From Phaeosaccion multiseriatum (Eukaryota; Protista; Ochrophyta, other classes), in contig OZ218952.1 in the NCBI GenBank assembly GCA_965112735.1, forward strand, positions 4,588,001-4,652,000: a stretch of 64,000 bases of DNA. The letters run 5' to 3'. The notes under the pieces were generated by a model. It was not told the origin of the DNA. It saw nothing but the letters and a program-made list of their open reading frames with translations, and ran no database searches. Position numbers and translations under genes: made by a program. Shown here in pieces: positions 46,873 through 60,705 of this stretch. The stretch's first letter is position 1. Each line of letters begins with the position of its first letter.

Positions 46873-49222
46873 GAGGAGGAGGAGGAGGATGAGGAGGGGG
46901 CAGGGGGGGAAGCAACATTTTCGGACAAGAACAAGTCTTGGTTAAAGCTAAAGGGAAAGTCCTCGTCCGTGGGGAAAGGTCTCCTGGATGATGATGATGA
47001 GGAGGCCTCTGGCAGTGGAGATGAGGATGGCGACGACGACGAGGAGGATGAGGAGGAGGAGCTACCCATTGAGAGAGCAGCAAGGGAGCATGAAGAAGAG
47101 GAGGCCGCCATGCGAGTGGAGGAGATAGAGAGCGCGAAGGAGGGCCTGCGGAGAGATGCCCAGGAGGCTCGGGCTATGCTGAAATTGCCCGTGGTCGAGT
47201 CGCAGAGAAAAAAGGCCAAGGCCAAGGCTAAGGGCAAGGTCGTGAGTGAGGAGGCCGTAGAGGAGGACGAGAAAGAGGAGGACCATGACGACGACGCCGA
47301 GATGGGGGGGGAGGAGAGCGACGAGGAGGGGGAGGAGGAGGAGGAGAGCGAGGAGGACGAGGGAGGAGAGGACGGCGAGGAAAAGGAAGAAGGGGACGCT
47401 GCTGATATGATGGCAGAGCAGGATGAAGCCCCTGCAGTGCTGCGTGAGCGAATCGCAGAGGTGGTGGAGGTTCTCTCTGACTTCCGCGAGCGCAGAGACC
47501 CTGAGGTGTCTCGGTCTCAGTACATGTCTCAGCTAACGCGCGACCTGGCCTCCTACTATGGCTACCTGAGGGAGCTGGCGGAGCTCTTTCTTCGCATGTT
47601 CTCTCCCTCGGAGTGTGTTGAGTTTATGGAGGCCAACGAGAAGCCGAGGCCGCTCGTGATCCGCACCAACACGCTCAAGACAAGGAGGAAGGTGAGGCAG
47701 AGAGACAACGGAAGGAGAACAGGAGGAGGAGAGAAAAGGCAACATACCACCTTCTATTTTGAACCGTCTTACCCTTTCCCCTCTCTCACGAATTCCTGCC
47801 CGCCTCCCAATCCCCCCCTCACCCGTAGGACCTGGCGGAGGCTCTGATCAAGCGTGGCGTAGGCCTGGAGCCGTTGGCCCCTTGGTCTAAGGTGGGGCTC
47901 AAGATTGTGGAGTCACAGGTGCCGATTGGAGCCACACCCGAGTACCTTGCCGGGCACTACATGCTGCAGGTAATACGGACGGAGGGAGGGAGGAATACAT
48001 GGGGTGTGTGTGTGTGTGTGCGGTGTATGTCTGTCGCCCTCCCTGTCCTCGTCACCGGTCGGCCTCTTCACTCACCCGCCCACCCCCCCTTCCATGCTAT
48101 GCCCATATACCTCTCCCCCCCTCTCTCCCTCCCCACCCCAGTCTGCCTCCTCCCTATGCCCAGTGATGGCCCTGGACCCTCAGCCCCACGAGCGCATACT
48201 GGACATGGCCTCTGCCCCGGGGGGCAAGTCGTCCTACATCTGTCAGCTCATGCGCAACACGGGATGCGTTGTGTCCAACGACCTCAGGTGCGTCGTACGC
48301 CCCCGTGCATATGCCTCAGTACGTCATAGGCCTATGTGCGTATCCCTCAGCCTATCCGTGTGTGTCCCTGCCTATCCCTCCCTCCTTCTCCCGCGGGGTG
48401 CTTATCATAATCCAAACCAACACCCAAATGCCCAATGCCAAATCCAAAGGCCCCAGCGGCAGAAGGCCACCATGGCCAACCTGCACCGCCTCGGGGTGCG
48501 CAACAGCGTGGTGTGTTGTCACGACGGACGCAAGCTTCCGGGCATGGTGGGGGGTTTCGATCGAGTCCTCCTCGACGCTCCTTGCAGTGGGCTGGGGGTG
48601 ATTTCGCGTGACCAGTCGGTCAAGCTGCAGAGGAGTGTCAAGGACATTCAGCGAACAGCGCATTTGCAGAAGGAGCTGCTCGTGGCGGCGATTGATTTGG
48701 TGAACTCGAAGAGCAAGAGCGGTGCCGTTGTGGTGTATTCCACCTGTTCGGTGTCGCTCGAGGAGAACGAGATGGTGGTGCAGGTAAGGAGGGACTTTGG
48801 GCGGGAGGGAGGGGAGGGAGGGGAGGGAGGGAGAGATGGGAGGGGAGGGAGGGAGCGGTGGGCGCGAGATGACTCGCCTATGCGGGGGTCCGGGGTGGGG
48901 TTGGTTTTTAATTTGGTTCAGCTCCTCACTCCCTTCGCCTCCCTCCCTCCATCTCTCCTCTCTTGGCGCATTGAATCCTCCCTCCCTCTCCTCCCTCCTT
49001 CCTCCCTCCCTCTCCCCCCTCCCCTCTCCTCCCTCCCCTCCCCTCCCTCCCCTCCCCTCCCTCCTTCCCTCCCTTCCTCCCTCTCCCCGAGTGCAGTACG
49101 CGCTCACCAACAGATACGTCAAGCTCGTCCCCTCTGGCCTTGACCACGGCCGCCCCGCCTTCACGCGCTATCAGGAGAAGAGGTTCCACCCCACCATGAC
49201 CAACGCACGCAGGTGAGGGGTG

Positions 49223-49274
<52 letters not shown>

Positions 49275-50236
49275 TGTGTGCGTGTGTGTGTGTGTGCGTG
49301 TGTGTATGTGTGTGTGTGTGTGTGGGTACCTGTGTGGGTATGGATGGGTGGGCGCATGCGTTGGCGTGTACGTGCACGCTCCCCCTCGCTCACCCTCTCT
49401 CTCCGACCATTCTCCAAGACGTTTCTTCCCTTTCCATTGACTTATTCTCGTCGCCATTGACTTCTCCTCTCATGACCAGGTTCTACCCGCACGTCCACAA
49501 CATGGACGGTTTCTTCGTGGCCAAGTTCGTCAAATTCGCCAACGGAAAGCGGAAGAGTGCGTCAGTGCAGGAGGAGGAGAAGGAGGTTAAGAGGGACAAG
49601 GCAGTGGCGGCGCTGACACACGAGGATGAGGACCGGCAGGCCCGACTCAAGAGGCAAAAGAGGCAGGATCAGAACGAGCGCATCGAGAGGGAGAAGGCGG
49701 GGGAGCTTGTGGGGGCCAAGGTGCGGGAGGTGGGTTCAGATGACGACGATGGGGACGTGGAGATGGAGGACCAACAGGAGAAGGAGGGAGGAGGGAAGAG
49801 CAAGAAGGGGGCCAAGAACCCTAAGACGGGCAAAGCAGGAGCAGGAGCAGCAGAAGAAACAGGAGGAGGAGGACGAGCAGAGAAGGGTAAGAAGAGGGAC
49901 GCCAAGGGAAGCAAAGCGGGCAAGGGCGAGAAAGGAACGCAGAAGACAAAGGGGTCAGCAGCAGCAGCAGCAACAGCAGCAACAGCAGCAGCAGGAGGAA
50001 GAGGGAAGGTAGAAGGTATCGAAGGAGACGGGAAGGGAGCAGCACCGAAGAACCACGTGGAGGCTGTCAAGGCATCATGGAAAGAGGCCAAGGAGAAGGC
50101 GGCGAAAGCCAACCCGATGGTCAAGGGGGAGAAGTACAAGGGTAAGCATCAGACGCCCAAGCCGATAAGCAAGGGGGGGAAGAGAAAGAGCACCAAGAGC
50201 AACAGCCACAACAAGAAGAAGCCCTCAAACAAGTAG
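46567..50236 (+). CDS. NOP2: NOP2/NSUN1 25S rRNA m5C methyltransferase; ~6 exons
   Basis: Acidic N-terminus, then 'DLASYYGY', 'EFMEANEKPRPLVIRTNTLKTRR', 'VPIGATPEYLAGHYMLQ', 'ERILDMASAPGGKSSYI', 'FDRVLLDAPCSGLG', 'VYSTCS' and 'RFYPHVHNMDGFFVAK', with a Lys-rich tail. Confidence 0.95.
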
Positions 50237-50727
50237 AGGGGAGGGAGTTTGTCGGGGTACAGTAGTTCAGAGTAGTCCGAAGTGTGGAGAGAGAGAGAGA
50301 GTGTGTGTGTGGGGGGGTGGCAGGGTTGGGAAGAAGGTGAAGAGGTTCACTTAGCAGAGCAGCGTGCTGCTGCTGTTGTTGTTGGTGGGCTGTGAGAGCC
50401 AGCCAGACCAGTTCCAAATAAATGACTTGATTTATTTTACCACAGAGCCTCCTTCGTTCCTTCAGTACTACCTCCTTCAATACACAACATACGGCCAGGA
50501 GAGTAATCCGCCCCTCCGCCTCGTCCTCCTCCCTCTCCTCGCTGAATGTCTCGCTGAATGTCTCGCTGCTTTATTAAAAAATGTATGCGTACTGTGTAGG
50601 CGGCAGGGCAGATAGAGCACGGACGAGGAGTATGCAGCATGACCACTGCTTTGCGTCTTTGTTGACCCACCCACAGGCACCACGGGTCAAGTGCAGGTCC
50701 ACGACAGCTCGGAAATCACTTTCAGAT

Positions 50728-53700
50728 TCAGATGAGATGCCGATGCTGGTGACTCTCTCCCCCTTGCCCTCCCTCCCCCTCCTCCATTTCTTGTTCTTGT
50801 TCTTCCTCTTGCTCCTCCTCAAAGGCGAGTGAGCCCATCGATCCCATCAACGGCTCTTCAAGCACCCGGATCACTCTCTCCCTCTCCCCTCCCCACCCCC
50901 CGCTTCGCTGCCGCCCTCGTCCTCCTTCTTCTCCCCCCCCCGCCCCATCACCATCTTGACCGCTCTCTCCCACCGCTTCCCACACCCCTCTCCGACCCGC
51001 AGGCGAGGCTGCCCCCGTGACGAGTGCGATGGTCAGTCCCAATAAGGCAAGCAGCCCCGCAAGAAAGAACGGGGCTCCGGGTCCACGTATCCACCCCACT
51101 GCCTCCCACTTCCACCCCCCCCCCCGTCCTCCTCCTGCCTCCTCCTCGAAACTGACACTGAAACTGGTACTTGCGGCGCCTTTTGGCTGCTGATAATACC
51201 CCCCCTCACCCTCACTCCATCCCCGTCCTTCATGACCGCTAGTGTAATCGTCGCCTTTGTCGTCATGGTTAGACCCTACCCCCCACGCGAAGGCCCGAGC
51301 AAATAAGGGCCCTGCCACAATTTGTGTGAGCGATCGAAGGACGGTCAGTGCCCCCTGCAGCCTGCCCCCACTCCCCCGGGGGTCCAGCACGGCCTTGGCG
51401 AGGAAGGCCTGTAGACAGGGGTCAGAGAGGGTGTAGACGCTCGTCACGAGGCACACAATATAGAGCATCCACCCACGCCACGCCAGGCCGTAGCAAATGC
51501 TTGATACCGCCTGGGGGGGTGTGGGGGGATGTGGAGAGGACAGCGGTGAGTTAAATCATGCATCAAGTTTGTGCTTTCGTGAAACGTCTGCTGGAGGCAG
51601 GAGAGACGGAGAGAGAGAGGAAGGAGAGAGCCATACGATAGGAGAGAGGCAGAGAGGCGGGAGAGTGACATCGAGGAGGGGAACGAGAGACACCTGAGAG
51701 AGAGAGGAGAGGAGAGAGACCGGAGAGGAGAGGAAGGAGCACGGGTAAGCTCAAGGAGGCGAGGGGTGGGGGTGCGAAGAATGTACCGCACAGCAATTGG
51801 TGATACAACACGGCACAGCCGAGGGCTAATACCTGCAAGCCGAGGCCCCAGTAGACCCCCTGCCGCTGGGAGAGCAAGCGCGGTACGAGGAAGCGCAGCA
51901 GCACGCCCTGATAGGCCGCCAGCACAAGCCCCAGGAAGGAGAAGAAGAGGCCTTTGAGGTGACGCAATAGGGGCGGGGGGGTGGTTGGTGTGGTTGTTCC
52001 TCTTGTTTGTAGAGTTGGATGATGGAGAGTGGCAGAGTGAGTGCGTGGGCGCTTTTCTTTCTTTCTTTCTTCTCCCCCTCCCATCTCTAACACCCATCGC
52101 TCTCTCACTCCCGTTCTCACTGACTCACACACTCTCTCACTGACTCACTCACTCACTCACTCACTCAATCACTCCCTTCCTCCCTCACTCAGTACATCCC
52201 TCTCTCCCTCCCTTCCTCCCTTTCTCACTCACTCACTCACTCACTCACCGATGAGGGTGGGGTCCCAATCGAAGCGGAAGTCGAGGTAGAGGTACATTTG
52301 AGAGTAGCCCCCCAGGGCCAGCAGGTAGCACGTGTAGATGCAAGACACCACAAAGAGCTTTCTGCAAGGGGGAGGAGGGAGAAAGAGGAAAGAGAGGGAG
52401 AGAGAGAGAGAGGAAGAGCAAGTGAGAAGGAGGAGACAGAGAGGGGGAGAAGGGCAGGTAGAAGTGTCAAGCACATGTCAAGCACATGTCAAGCAGGGCG
52501 CAGGCTGGGGTCTACCGCAGACATCGACAAGACTAATTCTTCTCTCAAACCCAACTTCTTATCCTCCCTCTCTCTCCCTCTTCCACACAGGCCACACTCC
52601 AGCCCTATACGGACAGAAAGACACATCACATGGGTACATACATGGCCCTGTACAGATAGACAATGGATCAAAGCCCTTAGACGGACCAAAGCCATAAGAC
52701 AACAGACCAAAGCCTCCCTCTCTCACCGCGTCTCGCCCAGAGTCTTGACCACCACGAATGGGTTCACAAACTTGAGCTGCGGACGGGCCAGCGGCGAACT
52801 GGCACTGTCGTTACTTGGTTCCTTGCTTGGCTCCCCACTTGGGTCTCCACCCTCCCCAAGGCTGTAGCCACTCCTGCTGCTGCTGCCCAGAGTGCCCTCG
52901 GTTCCTCCTCCCTCCTCCCCTTCCCCCCCTTCCTTCTTGTCCGCCCCTGCTCCCTGCAGAGTCGCGTAGTTCACAGATGCGTCGAAGGGGCTCAGACTGC
53001 TGTCCAGGAGGGCCTGTTGCTGCTGCATCACCAACTCCTGCTGCTGCTGCTGCTGTTGCTCCTGGGCTTCTGTCTGCTGCTGGGACAAGACGGGGAGCCA
53101 AGTCGCAAAGCTCAAACCGGCTCGCAGCCCCTTCGCCCTGGCCTTGGCCTTTGCCTTCGCCCTCACCCTCGCTCCCTCCGCAGTCTCAGGCAAGTAGCGT
53201 CTGAGATTCGATCAACAAGGAGGAGTTTCGGTTTCAGTCTCCGTTTCTACTTTGAATACTGTACGATACTAAGTGGCAATCAAAAAGTCGGAAACCAATG
53301 CTTCTGTGATCAAGGAGGGGCCCTGGGCCGAGGGGAAAAAAGGAACGCTAAGGGGAGAGAGAGGGGGATGGGTCCAAGTGGAGAGAGAGAGCACTAACAC
53401 ACACTCACAACTCACTCACCTCGCCAGCACGAGGCCCACCAGCTTGAGCCCTGCAGCCACGAGGCAGGGAGTGAGCATGTTGACCCTGAGCAGCAGGCCG
53501 GCAAGCACGGGCCCCACCGTGATGGACAGACCAAAGACGGCCCCCATAACGGCAAAGCGGTGCGCGAGTGTGGTGGCTCGTCGCTTCTGCTCCTCGTCGT
53601 CGTCCACCCCCTCGTCCTGCCCCTGCCGCCACTCCATATCCTCCTCTCCTTCTGGGCACTGCCGCCGCCGCCGCCGCTGCTGCTGCTTGTCATGCCCCTG

Positions 53701-54775
53701 CTTGTCATGCCCCTGCTTGTCATGCCCCTGCTTGTCATGCCCCATATGCCCCTGCTTGTCCTGCTGGGAGGCCTGGAGGGGTGTTCGGAGCGGACTTGCA
53801 CTTTGATACAGCCCTTCCCCCCTCTCCCCTCCTCTCTGATACAACCCTTCTTCTTCTCTCTCCGTGCGTCTGTCTCTGCCTCTGCCTCCGTCTCCTCGTG
53901 TAGGACTGTGCACGAGCCCCTCTCCCGTCCTTGAGGTTGGCACAGGGGGAACGTCTCCCCCTCTTGACGCTGTCCCCGTCTCTGCCCCATCAGAGAGGGC
54001 TGACATATCTGATATGATAGCTTGTGCGATGGGAAACACGAGCGACAGAGAGCTGCCCATGACCCGTGTGAATATCATCAAGCCGAGAGAAGCGGGGTCT
54101 AGGCCGAGGGCAAGCGACGTGAGGGCGCCCACGAGGAGGGAGAGTTGAACGACGGGTACGCGGCCAAGTTGGTCGCTGAGGGACACGAGGGAAGGCACGA
54201 TGATGACCTGCATCACCGCCTCCACCGAGGTGATGACGCCTGAGTGGGTGAGGGAAATGGGGGGGGTGGAGGAGATGGAGAGTGGTAAAAGGATTCGGGA
54301 GACCCGAGAGGGGCAGGGCGGAGGCGGCAGAGTGGCAGAGGAAGCAAAAGGATGGTCGGGTTATACACGGGGGTTGATGGTTGGGATGGTTGGGTAAAGA
54401 AACTGAGGTGAGGGGGTTAGTGCACTCACACGCACCGTTTGTCTTCGAGGAGGCAACGGCATCATCATTGTATATTCGCAGCAGGATGTTGGGGTACAGC
54501 TGCATCAGCACGGTCTCGGACACGATGAAGACAAACACCAGCCTGGCCGGGCAGCAGGGAGGAGCGGGAGGGGGGGGGGGGTTAGCAGGAGGCTGGGCGG
54601 AGAGGAAAGGACTGCTTGGGTCGACTCACCAGGGTAGCACGGCTTCGGCTCTCGCCAAGCTCTTCGTCTCCTCTTCGCGCCTTTCGCTCCTGGTACTGAT
54701 ATTGCTATTGACGCTCGCCGCGCTGCTGACTCGTATCCTGACTCCACTCGCTCCAGCAGCTGAGTCATCGTTCAT
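50728..54775 (-). CDS. Major facilitator superfamily transporter (TetA/MFSD14-like), multi-exon, with large hydrophilic loop insertions
   Basis: MFS motif A 'SLSDQLGRVPV', 'AQAIISD', 'GAVFGLSITVGPVLAG', 'LPETA', 'NPF', 'YLYLDFRFDW', 'GRLQGALTVLRSLTQIVAGPLF' and 'PGAPFFLAG', with many TM segments spread across exons. Confidence 0.85.
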
Positions 54776-55559
54776 TGCGCCTCAGAGAGAGGCCTCAAAG
54801 GTGCTCGTCCTTCACCTTTTTCTTCTCCTTCTCCGCCTTCTTACTATTCCACTACTGCTTCTCCTTCATGCCACTGGTTCTTCCCCTCCTATCCTTTTCT
54901 TTCAATCTCTCTCTCTCCTCTAATTCCCCCCCCTTTGCTCTTTCTTTGTCTTCCCCTCCCTCTCTCCCTGAAGAGCCCAACGCCTGTGGTCCTCTTCCTT
55001 CCTCGCCACGGGTTGACAAGAAGGGCTTTTAGACCGTACTGTGGGGGAGGAGTGGGAGCGAGGCCGCGCGTCCGAATATTGATCGGGAGGATCAGGGTTT
55101 GAGGAGCGGGCAATCCAGTTTCAGTTTCAGCCCCCCCTTTCCTGCTTCACTCGATAATCTTTACTCTTACCAAGTTCTTGCCTGTCTTCTCTTCCCTGCC
55201 GGAGGCCACCTCTCTGCACCCCGAGGAAGCATGAAGTTGGCAATGTGAATGTTGATGTGTCGGCTGCGAGCTTGGTTTATCGTAGTAGCTCCGGTGGGGA
55301 ACGCCGAGGGCGCTGAGGGACACTCGCGATTCAACGTCTCGGACGGAGCGGAGAAGACACCTCTAGGCTCAAAAGGTAAGACACAAGAGGCTCAGTCTTG
55401 CCTCGTGCCTGCTTCTTCGTTCGGGCACGCGCGCAAGTGCTTCCAATGCTTCCATAATATTCACTTCAACTCCCTTCCCTCTCTTCGCTCATCTGCGTCG
55501 CTCGTTCTTCTCCCAAGAACAGTCCCGCTACTGAAAGCTGCAGCAGCTCGAGCATCAAC

Positions 55560-57116
55560 ATGAGTAATAGTAATGGGAATAGCAACTCGAGTGACAATGG
55601 TGGCACAGAAACGTTTCGAGAGGTCTTATCGCACGGCCCCACGGAAATCCCCTCTGAGGACGACATGGCGGCTGCCTTGTCCAGCATCGGATGTGGGCCG
55701 CAAGCGGCAGTAGACCACCCAGACGAATGGCCAGAGGTAGAAGAGGGGGAGGAGGAGGAGGAGGAGGAGGAGGAGGAGGAGGAGGAGCAGCAGCAGCAGG
55801 AGCACAAGCAGGAGGAGGAGCAGTTCTTACACCCCCACCAGGAACCACAGCCACCACAGCCGCAGCCACGGCCACAGCGGCAGGCACAACCACCGCCACA
55901 GCAACGGCCACAGCAGCAGCCGCCACCAGTAGAAGGCTTGAATCATCGGGGTGGTCTGGCTGCCTGGTTGCTGCAGCCGGTGAGGTTCGGCGTGGATGCG
56001 CTCAAGTGGGTCGGGACGACCGCGGCAGAGCAGGCGTACGGGCGTGCGGTGGCCCCGGTGGTACGCTACGCACAGCCGCTGGGGTGGGCCTCGTACTTCT
56101 TCGATAGATTCAAGGTGATTTTTTGTGGGGTATAGACCTACTGAATCACCAACTGCTGCTGCTGAGGGTGGTTAGGTGGAGGTCTTGTTTACTGTGTCTT
56201 GCCTTCTCTCTCTTTTTAGAGAACAAGTACTTGCATCGCCCCATACCCTCGCTGCGTTGTGTCGCCACACCTACTACACCCACTACACACTTACACACCC
56301 ACTACGCCCCCATACAGGACATGACACCGCAGCGAGCCCGAGACCTCGGCCGCATCTTCAGCAACGCCTTCCTGAACCTCGTTGGACTCACACAGACCCC
56401 AAAGGGCAGGTCCTTCGGCAAAGCTAATTTGAGGGCTGTTGACAGCTTGGCCACATGTGTGAGCTCTCCGAGTGGGAGGCAGCTCGTGTTGGATGGAGTG
56501 GCGGGCTGCGTTAAGGTGAGTTCGGGCTTGAGTTTGTGTTCGCCCTACGCTCTCCTCCTGACTCCTTTTATTCTTTTTCCTCCACACACACCTCACGCCT
56601 CACACCTGATCCTGGCGCCCCCTACACCTCTACTACCGGCCACACTGACACCTTTTACTATGACACCTGACACCTGTTACCCCACACAGGCGGCTGAGGC
56701 CCTGGACACCCCGCAGGCCAAAGCCGCCATCCAGCAGGGGACCGTGGTGGTGGCTCGGCTGATGGATTGGCTGGCGGCCAATGAGTCCAAGGTAAGGTGG
56801 TGTGTGGGGGGTGGGGGTGAGCTGCACGGTGACTGCTGGAGGGTATAGTAGGGTAGGGTAGGGTGGTGTAGGGTGGTTGCTGGAAGGTAGAGTAGAGTAG
56901 GGTAGGGTCGGGTAGGGTAGAGTAGAGTAGGGTTGGGTAAGGTGAGTGCTGGAGGGTAGGGTAGAGTAGGGTAGGGTTGGTAGGGTGATGGCTGGAGGTA
57001 GGGTAGGAAGGGTGGGATGGGGTAGCGTGAGTAAGGTGACCATCCTCCAAGGCATTTTCTCATGATGTTGCTGCCCCCCCTCCCCACTTTCCCCTCGCCT
57101 CATTGACATGTTTGTG

Positions 57117-57156
<40 letters not shown>

Positions 57157-59504
57157 TAGGTGTTCCTACAGGACCTGTCAAGCGCCTTGGTGAAGGGTAT
57201 TGAGCTTGCCAACTCGCCTGAGGCCACCGTCATGGCGGCAGAGTTCACAGCCAACGTGGTGCGTGCTTAACAGAGAGAGAGAGTGTATGTATGTGTATGT
57301 ATGTGATATGTGGTTTAGAGAGAATGCAAGACAGAGAGTTTATGCATGTGGTGCATGGTTCAGAAGAGAGAGAGTGCAAGAGGGGGTGGGGAGCAGAAAC
57401 CGGCCTGATGGTTAGGTATCCAGAGGGGACACCACCGTCACAAGTCGTCGCCAGAGGTCGTCAAGATGGTTCCAGCTGTGTGGAGTCTTGCTGTTCGATC
57501 GATACACATGTAGACTTGGGTATCATCCCGTCCGTCCTACCCAATTCGAAGGAGCATGGAGAGGGCTGTGTCTCTGTCTGTCTGACGTATGTGCGTCACC
57601 CCTGCCCGTGCGTGGCCGTACCCCCCGGACTGGACACAGGTTCATGCGTTGGAGGTGGAAAACCTCGTTGCTGTCGAGAGGAGGTGCACAGACAAGTCTC
57701 TGCAGCACGGGCACATGCCGACGTGGAGTCACACCGATGTGGGGGAAGGGCAAGAGCAAGGGCAAGGAGGGGGGGCGACGAGGGGAGAAGGGACAGCGGA
57801 AGGGACAGGGTCATCACGGTCATCAGTAGTTGGTGATACAGCAGCCGCCGCCCTCGGAGAAGAAGGAGGAGGAGGCAGTGACGATACAGGCACGTTGTCC
57901 AATAGCGGAGGGCCCTCACCGTCATCTGAGGCCAGGGTGGGACGGGATGGGGGGCGAAGCTTTTCTTCTGTCGAGGAAGAGGAGATGCAAGAAGAGGACG
58001 AGGAGGACGAGGAAGGAGAAGAAGAAGAAGAAGAGGAGCAGGAGGAGGAGGAGGAGGAGGAGGAGGAGGAAGAAGAAGAAGAAGAGGAGGAGGAGGAGGA
58101 GGAGGAGGAGGTTGTTGTGAGGGCAGTGACGCAGGAGGAGTTGGATAAAGGAGGTATGCTGTTGCCAATGGCGAAAAGGCAATGGGAGGACATTCACAAG
58201 CAGCAACGGGAACAGCTGGCGAAACGGCAGCAGGAGCAGAGGGATGGAGTGAGGCGGGGGGGGATTGAGGCCGAAGGTCGTAAGCGGTCTTCGTCTCTCT
58301 CCAATCTTCGGCGGCGGAGATGGCGTGTGGTGGGAGGATCTTTGGGAGGCTCATTGGTGGGGAGGGGTGACAGGAACCAAGACTTTAACGCAGCGGAGTG
58401 GCAAGGCGCAGTGCCAGAGTCAGAGTCAGCACCCGTCGCCTCAACAGCAGCAGGAGGAGCAGGAGGAGGAGGAGGAGGAGGAGGAGGAGAACCAGTTGGT
58501 GATACGACGCGTGGAGCTTCCGAGAGGAACGGAGAGGGAGGGGACAGGCCTACACATGGCGCACCGATTGGGTACGAGCATCTTCTCGCGAAGCTGCTGA
58601 AGGAGAGGGAAAAACAGGCAGGACAGGGGCAAGGAGGAGGAGGAGGAGGAGGAGGAGGAGAGGGGGGAGAAGGAGAAGGAGGAGCAGGATTAGGAGGATT
58701 AGGAAGAGGCGCAGCAGCAGCACCAGGAGGAGGAGGAGGAGGAGGAGGAGGAGGAGGAGGAGTAGGAGTAGGAGGACCGAAGCTGCCGAGGTACTCGCCT
58801 GACTTGTTTAAGGCCGTCCTCACCCAAAACCCGAGGGGGGTAGGGGTGCCACAGATGTGCACTCCAAGCGAGGAGGTGAGTCCTTTGTCTGTTCGGTATC
58901 TGTGCCATGTGTGAATATGCCACACTTTGACCGATCCCATGAATACTGCAGGGGCGCTCACTCAGGCGATTGAGTGGGATGGGCTGTGCTCTCTCTCTAC
59001 GCAACTCCTTCTGTCTGAGAATGCGCTCCATCCTGTGTGTGCTCACCTTGAAGCATGTCCGTGTTGCCGGGTCTCTCTCTCGCTCTCTGACCCTCTGTCT
59101 GCTCTCACCCTCTCTCTCTTACCCTCTCTCTATCTTACCCTCTCGCTCTCCAATAGTCCACTGCAGCGGTGTCTCCCTTCCAGGGGGCCGTTCATGCAGG
59201 CCTGGCCAACGCCAGAACCAGGGCCATCCTCCGAGCAAGAGAAGATGCAGCAGCAGTTGGTGATACGACAGCGGCTGAAGGAGGGACGGGCCAGCTGCCA
59301 GTGGGAGAGGAAAGCAGTTGGGCTGTCCCCCACGCGGGGCAGTGGGGAGGGGACAAGACGAGAAAGAGGGTGCCCAAGGGCGGTGGCAGCAGTCTGTCGG
59401 TGTGCTGTGTGATCTCGTGCTTCCTTGTCGTGTGGATGGCGCTGTCTGTTTATGGCTTGCAGCAGCTGGTGAAGAATGTTTTTTTTGTCGACCGGGGCCA
59501 TTGA
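55560..59504 (+). CDS. Uncharacterised protein: helical core, acidic/Gly low-complexity regions and a C-terminal TM helix (possible tail anchor); ~6 exons
   Basis: In-frame GT-AG joins at 55560-56114, 56318-56515, 56690-56791, 57160-57259, 57640-58875 and 59157-59504. The protein ends 'SLSVCCVISCFLVVWMALSVYGLQQLVKNVFFVDRGH'. Confidence 0.6.
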
Positions 59505-60705
59505 ATAGTGAATAGTGGAGGAAGGGAGGAAGGGAGGCCGTGGTGGTCTTTACTTACGCACAGTCCTTGTGTCGCAGGGACTGTTTATTTCATTGACGTG
59601 GTCACCCGCGAGGGAGGGATTAGGGGAGGACATGGCCCGAAGCAGCTTGAGGCGTGTTGCCAGTGTTCAGCTCGATGAGCGTCATCATCATCACGGCGTC
59701 GTATCCAGATATCACGGACTGCGCACCGGAAACAAGTTTTGAGGCCCTTCTTTGGACTCCATCCCACTCAACTCCTCCATTGGACAGGCCAGCCTCATGT
59801 TGGATGTACATTGATGTGAGCTATGGTGAAAGGGAAGCGCGTGAGGGGATCGAGGGAGGGAGGAGGGTGGCTCAGCGAAGCGAAGAGTCGTGACGGCACG
59901 GACACGACCATTTTTGAGGCAACACTTGTCAATATCATCATCAGATCAGCAAGAGCTACACTTGTAGACTCGGCTCTTTCAGCAGCGAGAGGTTGATCCG
60001 TCTGTATATATGGGAGAGCGCGGAAGGCGACTCGACTACGTGTCATACGTATTTCAGCGTTTCATTTCAGCGACAGATTCGACCATGTCGATATATACAT
60101 CGCAGCAGCGAATGGATGACGGCCTTCCTTGACCCACAGGGGGATCGATACGGGTGGGTGTGTGGATGTGAGCATGATGCTCTGGGGATGTGCTGTAGGC
60201 ATCTGTAGGCATCGGTACGCGGACCGGATCTCCTTTTGCAACAGCAGCGGTCCCAGCTGCAGCAGGGGGAACGAACGATGAGTTGGAATTCCCACCAAGG
60301 GCATTCAGCAGACTCAGCAGGACTCAGCAGCTAACCCTGAGGATTCACTTGGTGGTAATTCCATCTTGTCTTTTCATGAAAAGCCGCAGTCGATCCCTCG
60401 GACCTCCACCACCACGCCGACGCGCCGACCCTTCACCGGCAGGAGGAGGTGGCTCCTTCATTCACCCCTGGCGATTTGGCGACAGCTCCCCCCAGTGGAG
60501 GCGTAATGCAATGCACACAAAATCCTAAAGAGTGGGTCACCAGTGTATCTCTCGGCCTCGGCCTCCCCCTCCCTCCCTCTCTCTCTCTCTCTGGCCGCCC
60601 TCTATCTCTCTCTCGACTTTTGGGTACCGCAGAGAAGCCACCACCCCACCCGCGACTGAACCGGGCGAGAGACACAGGAAACGCTCCTCCTTTCCAAGCG
60701 AAGCA

